Shown here one piece after another: positions 40,614-48,448 of a stretch of 64,000 nt of DNA (position 1 is its first letter; each line of letters begins with the position of its first letter). The notes under the pieces were generated by a model. That model saw nothing but the letters and a program-made list of their open reading frames with translations. It made no database searches and was not told the DNA's origin. This DNA comes from Pseudomonadota bacterium (GTDB lineage: Bacteria > Pseudomonadota > Gammaproteobacteria > Burkholderiales > JABEVD01), in contig JAJZRS010000002.1 of NCBI GenBank assembly GCA_021802545.1, positions 124,546 through 188,545 of the forward strand, written 5' to 3'. The translations under genes and the position numbers were made by a program.

Positions 40614-41038
40614 GGGCGATTGCCGAACTCGGATGACCTGAGACGCGATGCAAGCTTGTCGAGCACCCCGTTCACGTACTTGTGTCCATCCGTCCCGCCG
40701 TACCGCTTGGCGAGTTCCACCGCCTCATTGATCACCACCCGATAGGGAATATCCGCCTGATGGACAAGCTCGTATGCGCCCATGAGCAAAATGGCGGCTT
40801 CCACAGGGCTCAATTCAGAAAAAGGTCGGTCGAGACAAGGCTGCAGCGCTTCCTTGAGCTGCTCGGATCCGCCTATCGTCCCCTCGAGCAGGGTCGAAAA
40901 ATAGGGAATATCGAGTTTTCCGAACTCTTCTTCCTGCTCAAGATAAGAAGCAATCGCTTTCGCTTCCATCCCGGCAAGCTGCCACTGGTAAAGCCCCTTG
41001 AGCGCCGCTTCCCTGGATTTGCCGCGTTTTCCCTTCAT
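40610..41038 (-). CDS. nusB: Transcription antitermination factor NusB
   Basis: The start at 41038 forms an ATGA overlap with the ribH stop. [16 protein letters not shown]...VNGVLDKL is typical NusB. Confidence 0.9.
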   Translation of the reverse strand: MKGKRGKSREAALKGLYQWQLAGMEAKAIASYLEQEEEFGKLDIPYFSTLLEGTIGGSEQLKEALQPCLDRPFSELSPVEAAILLMGAYELVHQADIPYRVVINEAVELAKRYGGTDGHKYVNGVLDKLASRLRSSEFGNRP

Positions 41039-41511
41039 GACAGTCGTCGCAGGAGATTCGCCATTTCGATTGCAACGATCCCGGCCTCTTTCCCCTTTTC
41101 GTTCATTCTCGAAAGCGCCTGGTCGTCGTCCTCGGTGGTGAGTATGCCGTTGGCGATGGGAATGCCGGTTTCCACCTGCACCGATGTGATGCCGCTCGCC
41201 GACTCGTTTGAGACGACCTCGAAGTGGTAGGTTTCCCCCCTGATCACGGCGCCGAGGGCGACGAGCGCATCGTACTTCCCTGACTTGGCAAGCTTCTTGA
41301 GCGCAACGGGCGCTTCCAGCGCGCCCGGCACGGTCACGAGGATCATGTCTGCCGGGTCCACGCCTTGATGGGTGAGGGAGGCGACGCATGCGCTCAGGAG
41401 ACCTTCGGAGATCTCGATGTTGAAGCGGCTCATGACGATGCCTACCTTGAGCCCTGCGCCTTCGAGATTCCTTTCGATTTCTTCAATGCCTTCAAATTTC
41501 GCCATGATCAT
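41035..41511 (-). CDS. ribH: 6,7-dimethyl-8-ribityllumazine synthase
   Basis: GIVMSRFN...VPGALE...[14 protein letters not shown]. Confidence 0.93.
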   Translation of the reverse strand: MIMAKFEGIEEIERNLEGAGLKVGIVMSRFNIEISEGLLSACVASLTHQGVDPADMILVTVPGALEAPVALKKLAKSGKYDALVALGAVIRGETYHFEVVSNESASGITSVQVETGIPIANGILTTEDDDQALSRMNEKGKEAGIVAIEMANLLRRLS

Positions 41512-42614
41512 CCTTTCCTGATTTCATCGATCGCCCCGACGAATCCGGTCACTTCGAGGTCGAAACCGGTCATGCTGGGCATCTTTCTGGGAACGGCCAG
41601 GAGGCGCATTTTCTTCACCCCGAGATCCTTCAGGATCTGCGCCCCTATCCCGTAATTCCTCAAATCGACCTTGGTTTCCTTCCTTGGTTCGATGGCCATG
41701 GCGCGCTCCATGAGATCGCCGTCGCATTCCTTGCGCCACAAAAGCACGATGACGCCTGATTCGAGGCTGGAGATCACTTCCATGGCCTCGCTCAGCCTCC
41801 ACGAATGGGTGCCGCTTTCGATATCGAGCAGATCCATGACTGAAATCGGCTCGTGAACCCTGACATAGGTTTCCTTTTCCGGATCGATCTTGCCGTGAAC
41901 CAGGGCAAGATGGGTCTGGTTCGAGTTCTTGTCGAGATAGACGACCAGCCTGAATTTGCCGTGGGGCGTCTGGATTGGACGCTCCGCCTGCCGGCTCACC
42001 AGGGATTCGGTCTGATTGCGGTAATGGATCAAGTCCGCAATCGCGCCGATCTTGAGCCCGTGCGTTTCGGCGAAAACAAAGAGGTCTGGAAGACGCGCCA
42101 TTTCTCCGTCTTCCTTGAGAATTTCGCATATCACGGCAGCAGGAGAAAGCCCAGCAAGCGCAGCCAGATCGCACCCCGCCTCGGTGTGGCCGGCCCTGAC
42201 CAGGACGCCGCCCTTCTGGGCCATGACGGGAAAGATGTGTCCCGGCTGGACAATGTCTTCGGGCCTCGCGTCCTTCGCCACGGCCACCTGTACCGTTCTG
42301 GCCCTGTCCGCCGCCGAGATGCCGGTCGTCACCCCCGTGGCAGCCTCGATGGAAACCGTGAAATTGGTTCCCATGGGCGCGCGGTTGGCCGAGACCATGA
42401 GCGGCAGATTCAGCTGCCTGCAGCGGTCTTCGGTAAGCGTGAGACAGATCAGCCCACGGCCGTATCGGGCCATGAAATTGATCGCCTCGGGCGTGACGAA
42501 GTCCGCTGCCATGACGAGGTCACCCTCGTTTTCCCTGTCTTCCTCGTCGACGAGGACGACCATCTTCCCGGCCTTCAGGTCTTCGACAATATGCTGTATT
42601 GGGCTCAGTGTCAT
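41508..42614 (-). CDS. ribBA: Bifunctional 3,4-dihydroxy-2-butanone-4-phosphate synthase / GTP cyclohydrolase II-like protein
   Basis: The start was moved to [33 protein letters not shown] (42614), which lies 1 nt after the ppa stop codon. Confidence 0.9.
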   Translation of the reverse strand: MTLSPIQHIVEDLKAGKMVVLVDEEDRENEGDLVMAADFVTPEAINFMARYGRGLICLTLTEDRCRQLNLPLMVSANRAPMGTNFTVSIEAATGVTTGISAADRARTVQVAVAKDARPEDIVQPGHIFPVMAQKGGVLVRAGHTEAGCDLAALAGLSPAAVICEILKEDGEMARLPDLFVFAETHGLKIGAIADLIHYRNQTESLVSRQAERPIQTPHGKFRLVVYLDKNSNQTHLALVHGKIDPEKETYVRVHEPISVMDLLDIESGTHSWRLSEAMEVISSLESGVIVLLWRKECDGDLMERAMAIEPRKETKVDLRNYGIGAQILKDLGVKKMRLLAVPRKMPSMTGFDLEVTGFVGAIDEIRKG

Positions 42615-42615
42615 G

Positions 42616-43164
42616 TCAGAACATCGGCTTGTTTTCTGTCTGCCTGTAGCGTTCCGCCCCATCCACGATTTCGGCTTCAGCCTCGGCAATGCCCACCCAT
42701 CCGTCCACCTTTACCCATTTTCCCTTCTCGAGATCCTTGTAATGCTCGAAAAAATGGGAAATCTGGGAAAGCATCAGCTCGGGCAGATCGGAATGCGTAT
42801 GCACATTGCGGTAGAGCGTGCAGAGCTTGTCGATCGGCACGGCGAGCACCTTGCCGTCCTGGCCGGACTCGTCCGTCATCTTGAGCATGCCGATCGTGCG
42901 GCAGCGCACCACGACGCCCGTCATCAGCGGAACCGGGCTCAGCACCAGCACGTCGACCGGATCGCCGTCGTCGGATAAGGTATGCGGAATGTATCCGTAA
43001 TTGCAAGGATAATGCATCGCGGTCGACATGAAGCGGTCGACGAACATCGCGCCGGTTTCCTTGTCGACTTCGTACTTGATGGGGTCCCCATTCATCGGGA
43101 TCTCGATGATGACGTTGAAGTCGCGCGGAATGTCCCGCCCCGAATTGACCCTGTCCAGATTCAT
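42616..43164 (-). CDS. ppa: Inorganic pyrophosphatase
   Basis: NVIIEIP...KYEVDK...DGDPVDVLV is the family I PPase signature. Confidence 0.93.
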   Translation of the reverse strand: MNLDRVNSGRDIPRDFNVIIEIPMNGDPIKYEVDKETGAMFVDRFMSTAMHYPCNYGYIPHTLSDDGDPVDVLVLSPVPLMTGVVVRCRTIGMLKMTDESGQDGKVLAVPIDKLCTLYRNVHTHSDLPELMLSQISHFFEHYKDLEKGKWVKVDGWVGIAEAEAEIVDGAERYRQTENKPMF

Positions 43165-43261
43165 GAAAAAAGCCCTTTGGAATTATGGAAAATCGTTATT
43201 ATATAATGGGCGTCATGAGAAATCCGCCTAATTTATCCAAACCAACCCGATCAGGCCCGCT

Positions 43262-44095
43262 TTGACTCCAGACCAGTATTGCCAGGAAAAGGCCGCGAAA
43301 AGCGGATCGAGCTTCTATTACAGCTTCCTTTTCCTGCCGCCTGAGCAGCGGCGCGCCATCATGGCGCTTTATGCCTTTTGCAGGGAGGTCGACGACATCG
43401 TCGACGAATGCAGCGATCCCTTCGTCGCAAAAGCCAAGCTCGATTGGTGGCGACAGGAAATCGAAAGCGTTTTTTCAGGCACGCCAGAGCACCCCGTGGG
43501 GCGCGCACTGCAGCGTATCGTGCCTGAACGCGATCTGCCCATCGAGCTGTTCAACGAGATCATGGACGGCATGGAAATGGATCTCACGGTGGCCCGCTAT
43601 CCCGATTTCAAGTCGCTCCAGCTCTATTGCTACCGCGTAGCCAGCGCAGTCGGCCTGCTCTCTGCCGAGATCTTCGGCTTCTCGGACAGGAGAACGCTGG
43701 ATTACGCGCACGATCTCGGCATCGCCCTGCAGCTCACCAACATCATTCGCGATATCGGGGAAGACGCCAGACGCAACCGGATCTATCTTCCCATGGACGA
43801 AATGGCCGAGTACGGCGTGGCCGCCTCCAGCATCCTCAATGCGCAAGCGTCGGAAAACTTCGAGAAGCTCATGGCTTTCCAGATCGACAGGGCGCGAAGC
43901 TATTATGCCAAAGCGTTGGACGCACTGCCTGAGCAGGACAGGAAGAGCCAGCGGCCGGGACTCGTCATGGCCGCCATTTATGCCGCGCTGCTCGACGAAA
44001 TCGCGAAGGACCCAGCCAGCGTCCTCAAGTGCAGAACCTCGCTCACGCCGGTCCGCAAGATCTGGATAGCCTGGAAGACATGGCAATGCGCGTAG
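43262..44095 (+). CDS. hpnD: Presqualene diphosphate synthase HpnD
   Basis: TTG start. The N-terminus MTPDQYCQEKAAKSGSSFYYSFLFLPPEQRRAI is characteristic of HpnD. It has the two Asp-rich motifs REVDDIVDE and RDIGEDARRNRIYLP. Confidence 0.85.
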   Translation: MTPDQYCQEKAAKSGSSFYYSFLFLPPEQRRAIMALYAFCREVDDIVDECSDPFVAKAKLDWWRQEIESVFSGTPEHPVGRALQRIVPERDLPIELFNEIMDGMEMDLTVARYPDFKSLQLYCYRVASAVGLLSAEIFGFSDRRTLDYAHDLGIALQLTNIIRDIGEDARRNRIYLPMDEMAEYGVAASSILNAQASENFEKLMAFQIDRARSYYAKALDALPEQDRKSQRPGLVMAAIYAALLDEIAKDPASVLKCRTSLTPVRKIWIAWKTWQCA

Positions 44096-45324
44096 CGGTA
44101 GTGGGCGCTGGCTATGCCGGCATGGCCGCCGCCATGACACTCGCAGAATCAGGCATTCCCGTCACCGTTTTCGAGTCTTCAAAGACTCTCGGCGGCCGCG
44201 CAAGGGGAATCAAATACAAGGGCGTGATTCTGGACAATGGTCAGCATATCCTGCTTGGCTGCTACGTTGAGACGCTTGCCCTGATAGAAAAAACATGCGA
44301 TGTTGAAAAACCATTCGTCAGGATGCCGCTCGCGCTCGACATCGACCATTTCAGCATGCGCGCGCTGCCTCTCCCGCCACCGCTCGACCTGCTCTTCGGC
44401 CTGCTTTTTTCGAAAGGGCTTGCCCTGTCTGCGAAGCTGGGCGCGATCAGGTTTCTCGCCCTGACGAAGATCCTCAAGCTGGAAAAAGACATGGCTGTCG
44501 CAGCGCTGCTCGAACTGTACGGCCAGAAAAAACAGGCAGTCGATTGCCTCTGGGAGCCGCTTTGCGTATCGGCGCTCAACACGCCGATCGCCAAGGCCTC
44601 GGCGAAAGTTTTCCTTGCCGTGCTCAAGGATGGGCTGAACGGCAGGGGAAGCGATATCGTCTTGCCCGATGTCGATCTCTCCTCCCTGTTTCCGAACGGC
44701 GCCGCCAAGATCATCCTGAAAAAGGGGGGGAGCATACTGACATCGACCGCTGTCAGCGCTGCCAGGAAAACGGACGAGGGATTCGAACTCATGACGGAAA
44801 ACGGCAGCCATATCTTTTCCCATCTCATCCTCGCTACAGCCCCTCAGCACGCAAAAAAACTGGCCAGGAATTTCCCCGATGTCGAAATTCCCGATTTCGC
44901 CTATCAGCCGATCGTGACTATCTACTCCCGGTACCCTGAACAGGTTCGCTTGCCCAAGAAAATGATCGGCGCATCGCAAGGCCTGGCGCACTGGTTTTTC
45001 GACAGAGGCGACGGCCTGATTGCGGCGGTGATCAGCGCCGAGGGCAAACATGTCGGGCTTTCGCAAGCAGAACTGGCCTCGAGAATCCAGGCAGAGACCA
45101 AAAAAATCGTTCCCGACCTTCCTCTGCCATTGTGGCAGAAAGTCGTGCATGAAAAGCGCGCCACATTCTCGTGCGATGTCGATGTCAGAAGACCGGAACG
45201 GATGACGTCCGTGCCCGATCTCTATCTCGCCGGAGACTATACGGCAGGAAGCTATCCTGCGACCCTGGAAGGCGCGGTCGCAAGCGGCCTCGCCTGCGCC
45301 AGGATGATCGCTGAAACCATTTGA
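44086..45324 (+). CDS. hpnE: Hydroxysqualene dehydroxylase HpnE (FAD-dependent)
   Basis: The start was moved to MRVAVVGAGYAGMAAA (GxGxxG). It overlaps the hpnD 3' end. Amine-oxidase-like fold. Confidence 0.8.
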   Translation: MRVAVVGAGYAGMAAAMTLAESGIPVTVFESSKTLGGRARGIKYKGVILDNGQHILLGCYVETLALIEKTCDVEKPFVRMPLALDIDHFSMRALPLPPPLDLLFGLLFSKGLALSAKLGAIRFLALTKILKLEKDMAVAALLELYGQKKQAVDCLWEPLCVSALNTPIAKASAKVFLAVLKDGLNGRGSDIVLPDVDLSSLFPNGAAKIILKKGGSILTSTAVSAARKTDEGFELMTENGSHIFSHLILATAPQHAKKLARNFPDVEIPDFAYQPIVTIYSRYPEQVRLPKKMIGASQGLAHWFFDRGDGLIAAVISAEGKHVGLSQAELASRIQAETKKIVPDLPLPLWQKVVHEKRATFSCDVDVRRPERMTSVPDLYLAGDYTAGSYPATLEGAVASGLACARMIAETI

Positions 45325-45352
45325 TTGCTATGGTTATTTAAAGAAAAACCGC

Positions 45353-45381
45353 TTGCCGCCCTGCAATGATCGTGCTAAATT
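45353..45381 (+). promoter_or_regulatory. Sigma70-type promoter with extended -10 (TTGCCG-17-TGcTAAATT)
   Basis: -35 at 45353-45358, TG at 45373-45374 and -10 TAAATT at 45376-45381. It lies in the hpnE-distal intergenic region. Confidence 0.35.
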
Positions 45382-45387
45382 GGGACC

Positions 45388-45461
45388 GAAGTTTGAGTGG
45401 GGCGGAGCAACTAGAAAACCATCGACAGGAAATAAGGAAGGGGCGCTACACGCGCCCTTTT
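45388..45461 (+). ncRNA. Candidate small RNA (promoter-to-terminator unit of about 75 nt)
   Basis: It is bounded by the promoter above and the hairpin+TTTT at 45441-45461. It contains no ORF with an RBS. The call rests on sequence signals only. Confidence 0.25.
45441..45461. terminator. Shared (bidirectional) terminator hairpin between hpnE and the convergent 121-aa gene
   Basis: gggcgc-tacac-gcgccc is followed by TTTT on the + strand. The reverse strand reads hairpin + ttccttattt. Confidence 0.55.
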
Positions 45462-45826
45462 CAATGCAGGCTCAGGCTGGATACATGCATGTTGGCGAAA
45501 TCGTCTTCCACCATGTCGGTCACCATGGAATGGATTTCGACGTCAAACCACTCCTTGAAAAGCTTGAGTGACCGCTGAACAGGCCAAAGCCGCTCATCCC
45601 CGATCCAATCCTCGAGTTCTCGCTCAAAAAGCTCGTCATAATTCGAATAAACGAAGTGCAGCGCGCTTTCCTCGTCGTCGAATTCCGGAATCAGGATCGC
45701 CGTTGCATCCCTTCTCATCTCCTCCAAGGTCATTTCCTGTGGAGCGGGTTCGATAACGCCAGTCAGCCAATCCACAAACTGCTGTCTGGGTTTGATGATG
45801 GCAAGACTGCGGTTGATTTCGTACAT
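45461..45826 (-). CDS. Hypothetical acidic cytoplasmic protein
   Basis: 121 aa from MYEINRSLAIIKPRQQFVDWL. It lies downstream of, and on the same strand as, the YcgR-like gene. Confidence 0.55.
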   Translation of the reverse strand: MYEINRSLAIIKPRQQFVDWLTGVIEPAPQEMTLEEMRRDATAILIPEFDDEESALHFVYSNYDELFERELEDWIGDERLWPVQRSLKLFKEWFDVEIHSMVTDMVEDDFANMHVSSLSLH

Positions 45827-45879
45827 GCTGTTTCCCGAAAAGCAGAGCATCTATTGTACTCGCAAAACGGCATCCATTC

Positions 45880-46533
45880 CTAGACCATGCGGCCAGACGC
45901 AATTCTCTGGAAAACCATGCACTTCAGCCATACCTTGTCTTCCTCGGAAAGATCAAGGAAAGCGATGCCGTATTTCATCATGCCCTCTTCCGCACTCCCC
46001 TCATGCCTGATGCGCGCATCCAGGCCGAAACCGCGTTTCATATCGTCGAGCTCGATCTGGAATGACACTCTGAGCTGATCGTTTTCCGCGCCGATGGACG
46101 ACGGCGCGTCGAGTTGCGCACCATCTTCGCTCAGATTGGTGATGAGAACGAGCTTCCTGGATCCGTCTCGGCAATGCGCGATTCCCGGAAGGCTCACGCG
46201 TACCCAGGGAGAGCGTCGCAAAGGCTGAATCCTTGTTCTTCTGGGATAGCTGAGGTGAAGGTAGTGAACAGGCGCAACGCATACTCGCTCTATCGTGGAT
46301 TCGAATGCGTAGATGTCCGTGCCTGAAAACATGCGCACCTCGACTGATTCACCTTCGAAAAAGTCAATTCTTCTGCCGCGCTCGACGGGTTCGGTGACCA
46401 GCAGGCTCACTCCCTTGATGCAGCCGATCAGCCTTGCATCAAAGCGCGCCTCCCGCTTGCAAATCTGGATCCTCTCCCAGACCTGCGGCAGGATGTTGCC
46501 CGACTGAAAGAGACCGAGATTCATGACTGGCAT
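45880..46533 (-). CDS. YcgR-like PilZ protein (flagellar brake family architecture)
   Basis: The N-terminal half is PilZN-like. The C-terminal PilZ has NLSEDG (N/DxSxxG), and an upstream LRRSPWVR in place of canonical RRxxxR. Confidence 0.75.
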   Translation of the reverse strand: MPVMNLGLFQSGNILPQVWERIQICKREARFDARLIGCIKGVSLLVTEPVERGRRIDFFEGESVEVRMFSGTDIYAFESTIERVCVAPVHYLHLSYPRRTRIQPLRRSPWVRVSLPGIAHCRDGSRKLVLITNLSEDGAQLDAPSSIGAENDQLRVSFQIELDDMKRGFGLDARIRHEGSAEEGMMKYGIAFLDLSEEDKVWLKCMVFQRIASGRMV

Positions 46534-46640
46534 CCTGAATTTTAATCCAATATAGCATCACCTCCGAAATCCGCATTCCCGCGACAATTTGCCGCATCGA
46601 CAACATCGATTGCAGCAGACAAATCGCATATAATCGCCGG

Positions 46641-47102
46641 ATGAAGCGCACCGCCTTCCTGATCATCGCCCTGTTCATGCTTGCGACTCATGCCATGGCG
46701 TCGAATGCGTGGTCCCTGCTTGAAGTGTCGGGCAAACCGCTCAATCTTGCTGCCTACAAGGGAAAATGGGTGCTCGTCAATTTCTGGGCGACATGGTGTC
46801 CGCCCTGCCTTGAAGAAATTCCCGATCTCGAAGCCCTCTACAAGGAAGGCAAGCTCGTCGTCATCGGTGTCGCCATGAACTACAAGAACGCCTCCGAAGT
46901 GCTCGATTTCGCCAGGAAAAAAGGCATCACCTACCCTGTCGTTCTGGGCAACGAGGATACGGCATCCCAATTCGGCGACCTTGACAGCCTGCCGACAAGC
47001 TTTCTTTATTCCCCGGACGGCAAGCTTGCCGGAGAACACGCGGGGATGCTCTCGAAGCAGAGCCTCATCTCCGCCCTGCAAGGATCACCTCTACCCGACT
47101 AG
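46641..47102 (+). CDS. TlpA/ResA-family periplasmic thiol:disulfide oxidoreductase
   Basis: Signal peptide and WATWCPPCLEEIP active site. The TAG stop (47100-47102) is formed with the first base of the adjacent repeat element. Confidence 0.88.
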   Translation: MKRTAFLIIALFMLATHAMASNAWSLLEVSGKPLNLAAYKGKWVLVNFWATWCPPCLEEIPDLEALYKEGKLVVIGVAMNYKNASEVLDFARKKGITYPVVLGNEDTASQFGDLDSLPTSFLYSPDGKLAGEHAGMLSKQSLISALQGSPLPD

Positions 47103-47392
47103 GGCGTGTTAACGCTATTTTCGCATTTGCGACGGTGGCAATTTGGGATGCTATCCAAGAAGCAAGTCGCGCGGTATTGCCAGTTACTACAAGCGACTTG
47201 CGACAAAGGAGAGCGCCCAAATCGCCACCGCCCCGTACCGCATGAAAAGAATTATTGAGGGTTACAGCGGGAAGGCCGCGTCTACGGTGTTGCAAGACTT
47301 GCGAATGGAATAACCATTCGCTGCGCCTTGCGCCTGGCATCCACGACCTTCCCGCTGTAACGCAGATGTGAAAATAACGTTAACACGCCCTA
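47100..47392. mobile_element. MITE-like TA-flanked inverted-repeat element / possible structured RNA
   Basis: The 32-nt terminal inverted repeats (47100-47131 versus the reverse complement of 47361-47392) match 29/32, and TA is present at both ends. Internal nested stems are 47133-47147/47216-47230, 47162-47170/47193-47201, 47261-47275/47347-47361 and 47301-47308/47314-47321. There is no credible ORF. Confidence 0.5.
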
Positions 47393-47710
47393 AATGTGCT
47401 CGAATTCCAGGGTGAGCATGAAGCCGCCGATGACCATCATCGAAAGCCCTGCGAGAAAGAACATGTCGGCAAGCTTTTCCATTTTGCCGGCGCGATGCGG
47501 CGTGCGCATCGACGTATAGGAAAGGAAACAGCTGATCAAAAAGACGAGGCCGGTTACCGCAAACAGATTGTCGGTGAGCGTGCTGATATGGCGCGTCGCT
47601 TCTGTCAACCTGACGATGCTGATGACCGTGACGCAAACACCTGTCATGGTTGCCGCTGTCGGCAGAATGTGATTGGCGATGCCTGAATTCGAATTTCTAT
47701 CCACATGCAT
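47390..47710 (-). CDS. Small membrane protein of unknown function (3 predicted TM helices)
   Basis: 106 aa. The TAG stop (47390-47392) is formed with the last base of the repeat element. Confidence 0.55.
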   Translation of the reverse strand: MHVDRNSNSGIANHILPTAATMTGVCVTVISIVRLTEATRHISTLTDNLFAVTGLVFLISCFLSYTSMRTPHRAGKMEKLADMFFLAGLSMMVIGGFMLTLEFEHI

Positions 47711-47736
47711 GAGACTGCAGGAATAGCGCGAGGTTC

Positions 47737-47772
47737 AAAAAATAAGGCCCGGTGAGGGATGTCGACCGGGCC
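47737..47772 (-). terminator. Rho-independent terminator downstream of the histidine kinase gene
   Basis: On the minus strand, the 8-bp stem ggcccggt/accgggcc is followed by TTATTTTTT. Confidence 0.7.
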
Positions 47773-47845
47773 CGAAGGAGGGTTCGTTACCATGAAAATT
47801 AGATAACGATTATATTCTAATTTTATTTTCTTCCTTCGTCAAGCA

Positions 47846-48448
47846 TCATGGCAGCCACATCTCAAAAAGAGCGCCGCCTTCTCCTGCATTTTCGAGCGTG
47901 ATGTGCCCTTTCAATCCCGACCTGACATGCGCCGCAGCAATGGCGCGGCACAATTCCGTGCCCAGCCCGGTGGAAAGCGCGCCTTTCTCTGCTCCCAGAC
48001 CCGGACCATCGTCCCAGACCGAGAACACCAGGAAATCGCCTTCCTTTCTCGCCTTGAGGACGATTCTTTCCTTGGCAAAGTGGAGCGCATTCTGGATCGC
48101 GGCTTCAAGCGCAAGCTGGATGAGCCTTTCATCGAAAAACCAGATGAGGGGCGTGCCGGGTGAGATTTCCACTTCGATCGAGGGAGGATCTTGCGGAAGA
48201 ACGGCAAGATCCCGCGCTTCGAGCAGAAAATCCTCAGGACACACGTCGCTCACGCGCGCGACCATGTGTCCCTTGTAGAGCGTCAGAAAACCGATGAGTT
48301 TCTGACGCAGCGACGCGCACAATGCGTATGGTGCGCCGATTTCAGGATAGGTGTGGCTCAATGTAGCCAGTTGCCCCTCGAGCACACCCAGCGCATTCTT
48401 CATGTCGTGGACAACGGCAGCAGTCAGTTTGTCGTCCATGTCATGCAC
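47846..48448 (-). CDS. Minimal cytoplasmic histidine kinase (DHp + HATPase_c only, no sensor domain)
   Basis: 200 aa with H-box AAVVHDMKNAL, N-box AIQNALHFA, G1 DDGPGL and G2 GLGTELC. It overlaps the upstream REC-TPR gene by 8 nt. Confidence 0.8.
   Translation of the reverse strand: MHDMDDKLTAAVVHDMKNALGVLEGQLATLSHTYPEIGAPYALCASLRQKLIGFLTLYKGHMVARVSDVCPEDFLLEARDLAVLPQDPPSIEVEISPGTPLIWFFDERLIQLALEAAIQNALHFAKERIVLKARKEGDFLVFSVWDDGPGLGAEKGALSTGLGTELCRAIAAAHVRSGLKGHITLENAGEGGALFEMWLP

Noticed and set aside
41039-41389. An Arg-rich 117-aa N-terminal extension of the nusB ORF in the track (ORF 40610-41389)
   Set aside because: The extension lies entirely inside ribH in another frame and is extremely Arg/His-rich. 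An ATG at 41038 forms ATGA coupling with the ribH stop and gives a normal-length NusB.
42615-43261. Expectation of an FMN riboswitch upstream of ribBA
   Set aside because: ribBA starts 1 nt after the ppa stop codon, so there is no leader. The region upstream of ppa shows none of the conserved FMN-element sequences I know.
47065-47636. Track ORFs 47065-47340 (-) and 47262-47636 (-) running through the inverted-repeat element
   Set aside because: They have no RBS, they cross the element boundaries and the neighbouring real genes, and their sequences are Arg/His-rich. The region is better explained by nested inverted repeats.
47795-47824. An AT-rich 9-bp inverted repeat (aaaattaga ... tctaatttt) downstream of the histidine kinase gene
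   Set aside because: It is short and entirely A/T. A much better GC-rich terminator lies just downstream (47737-47772). There is not enough evidence to call it a separate feature.
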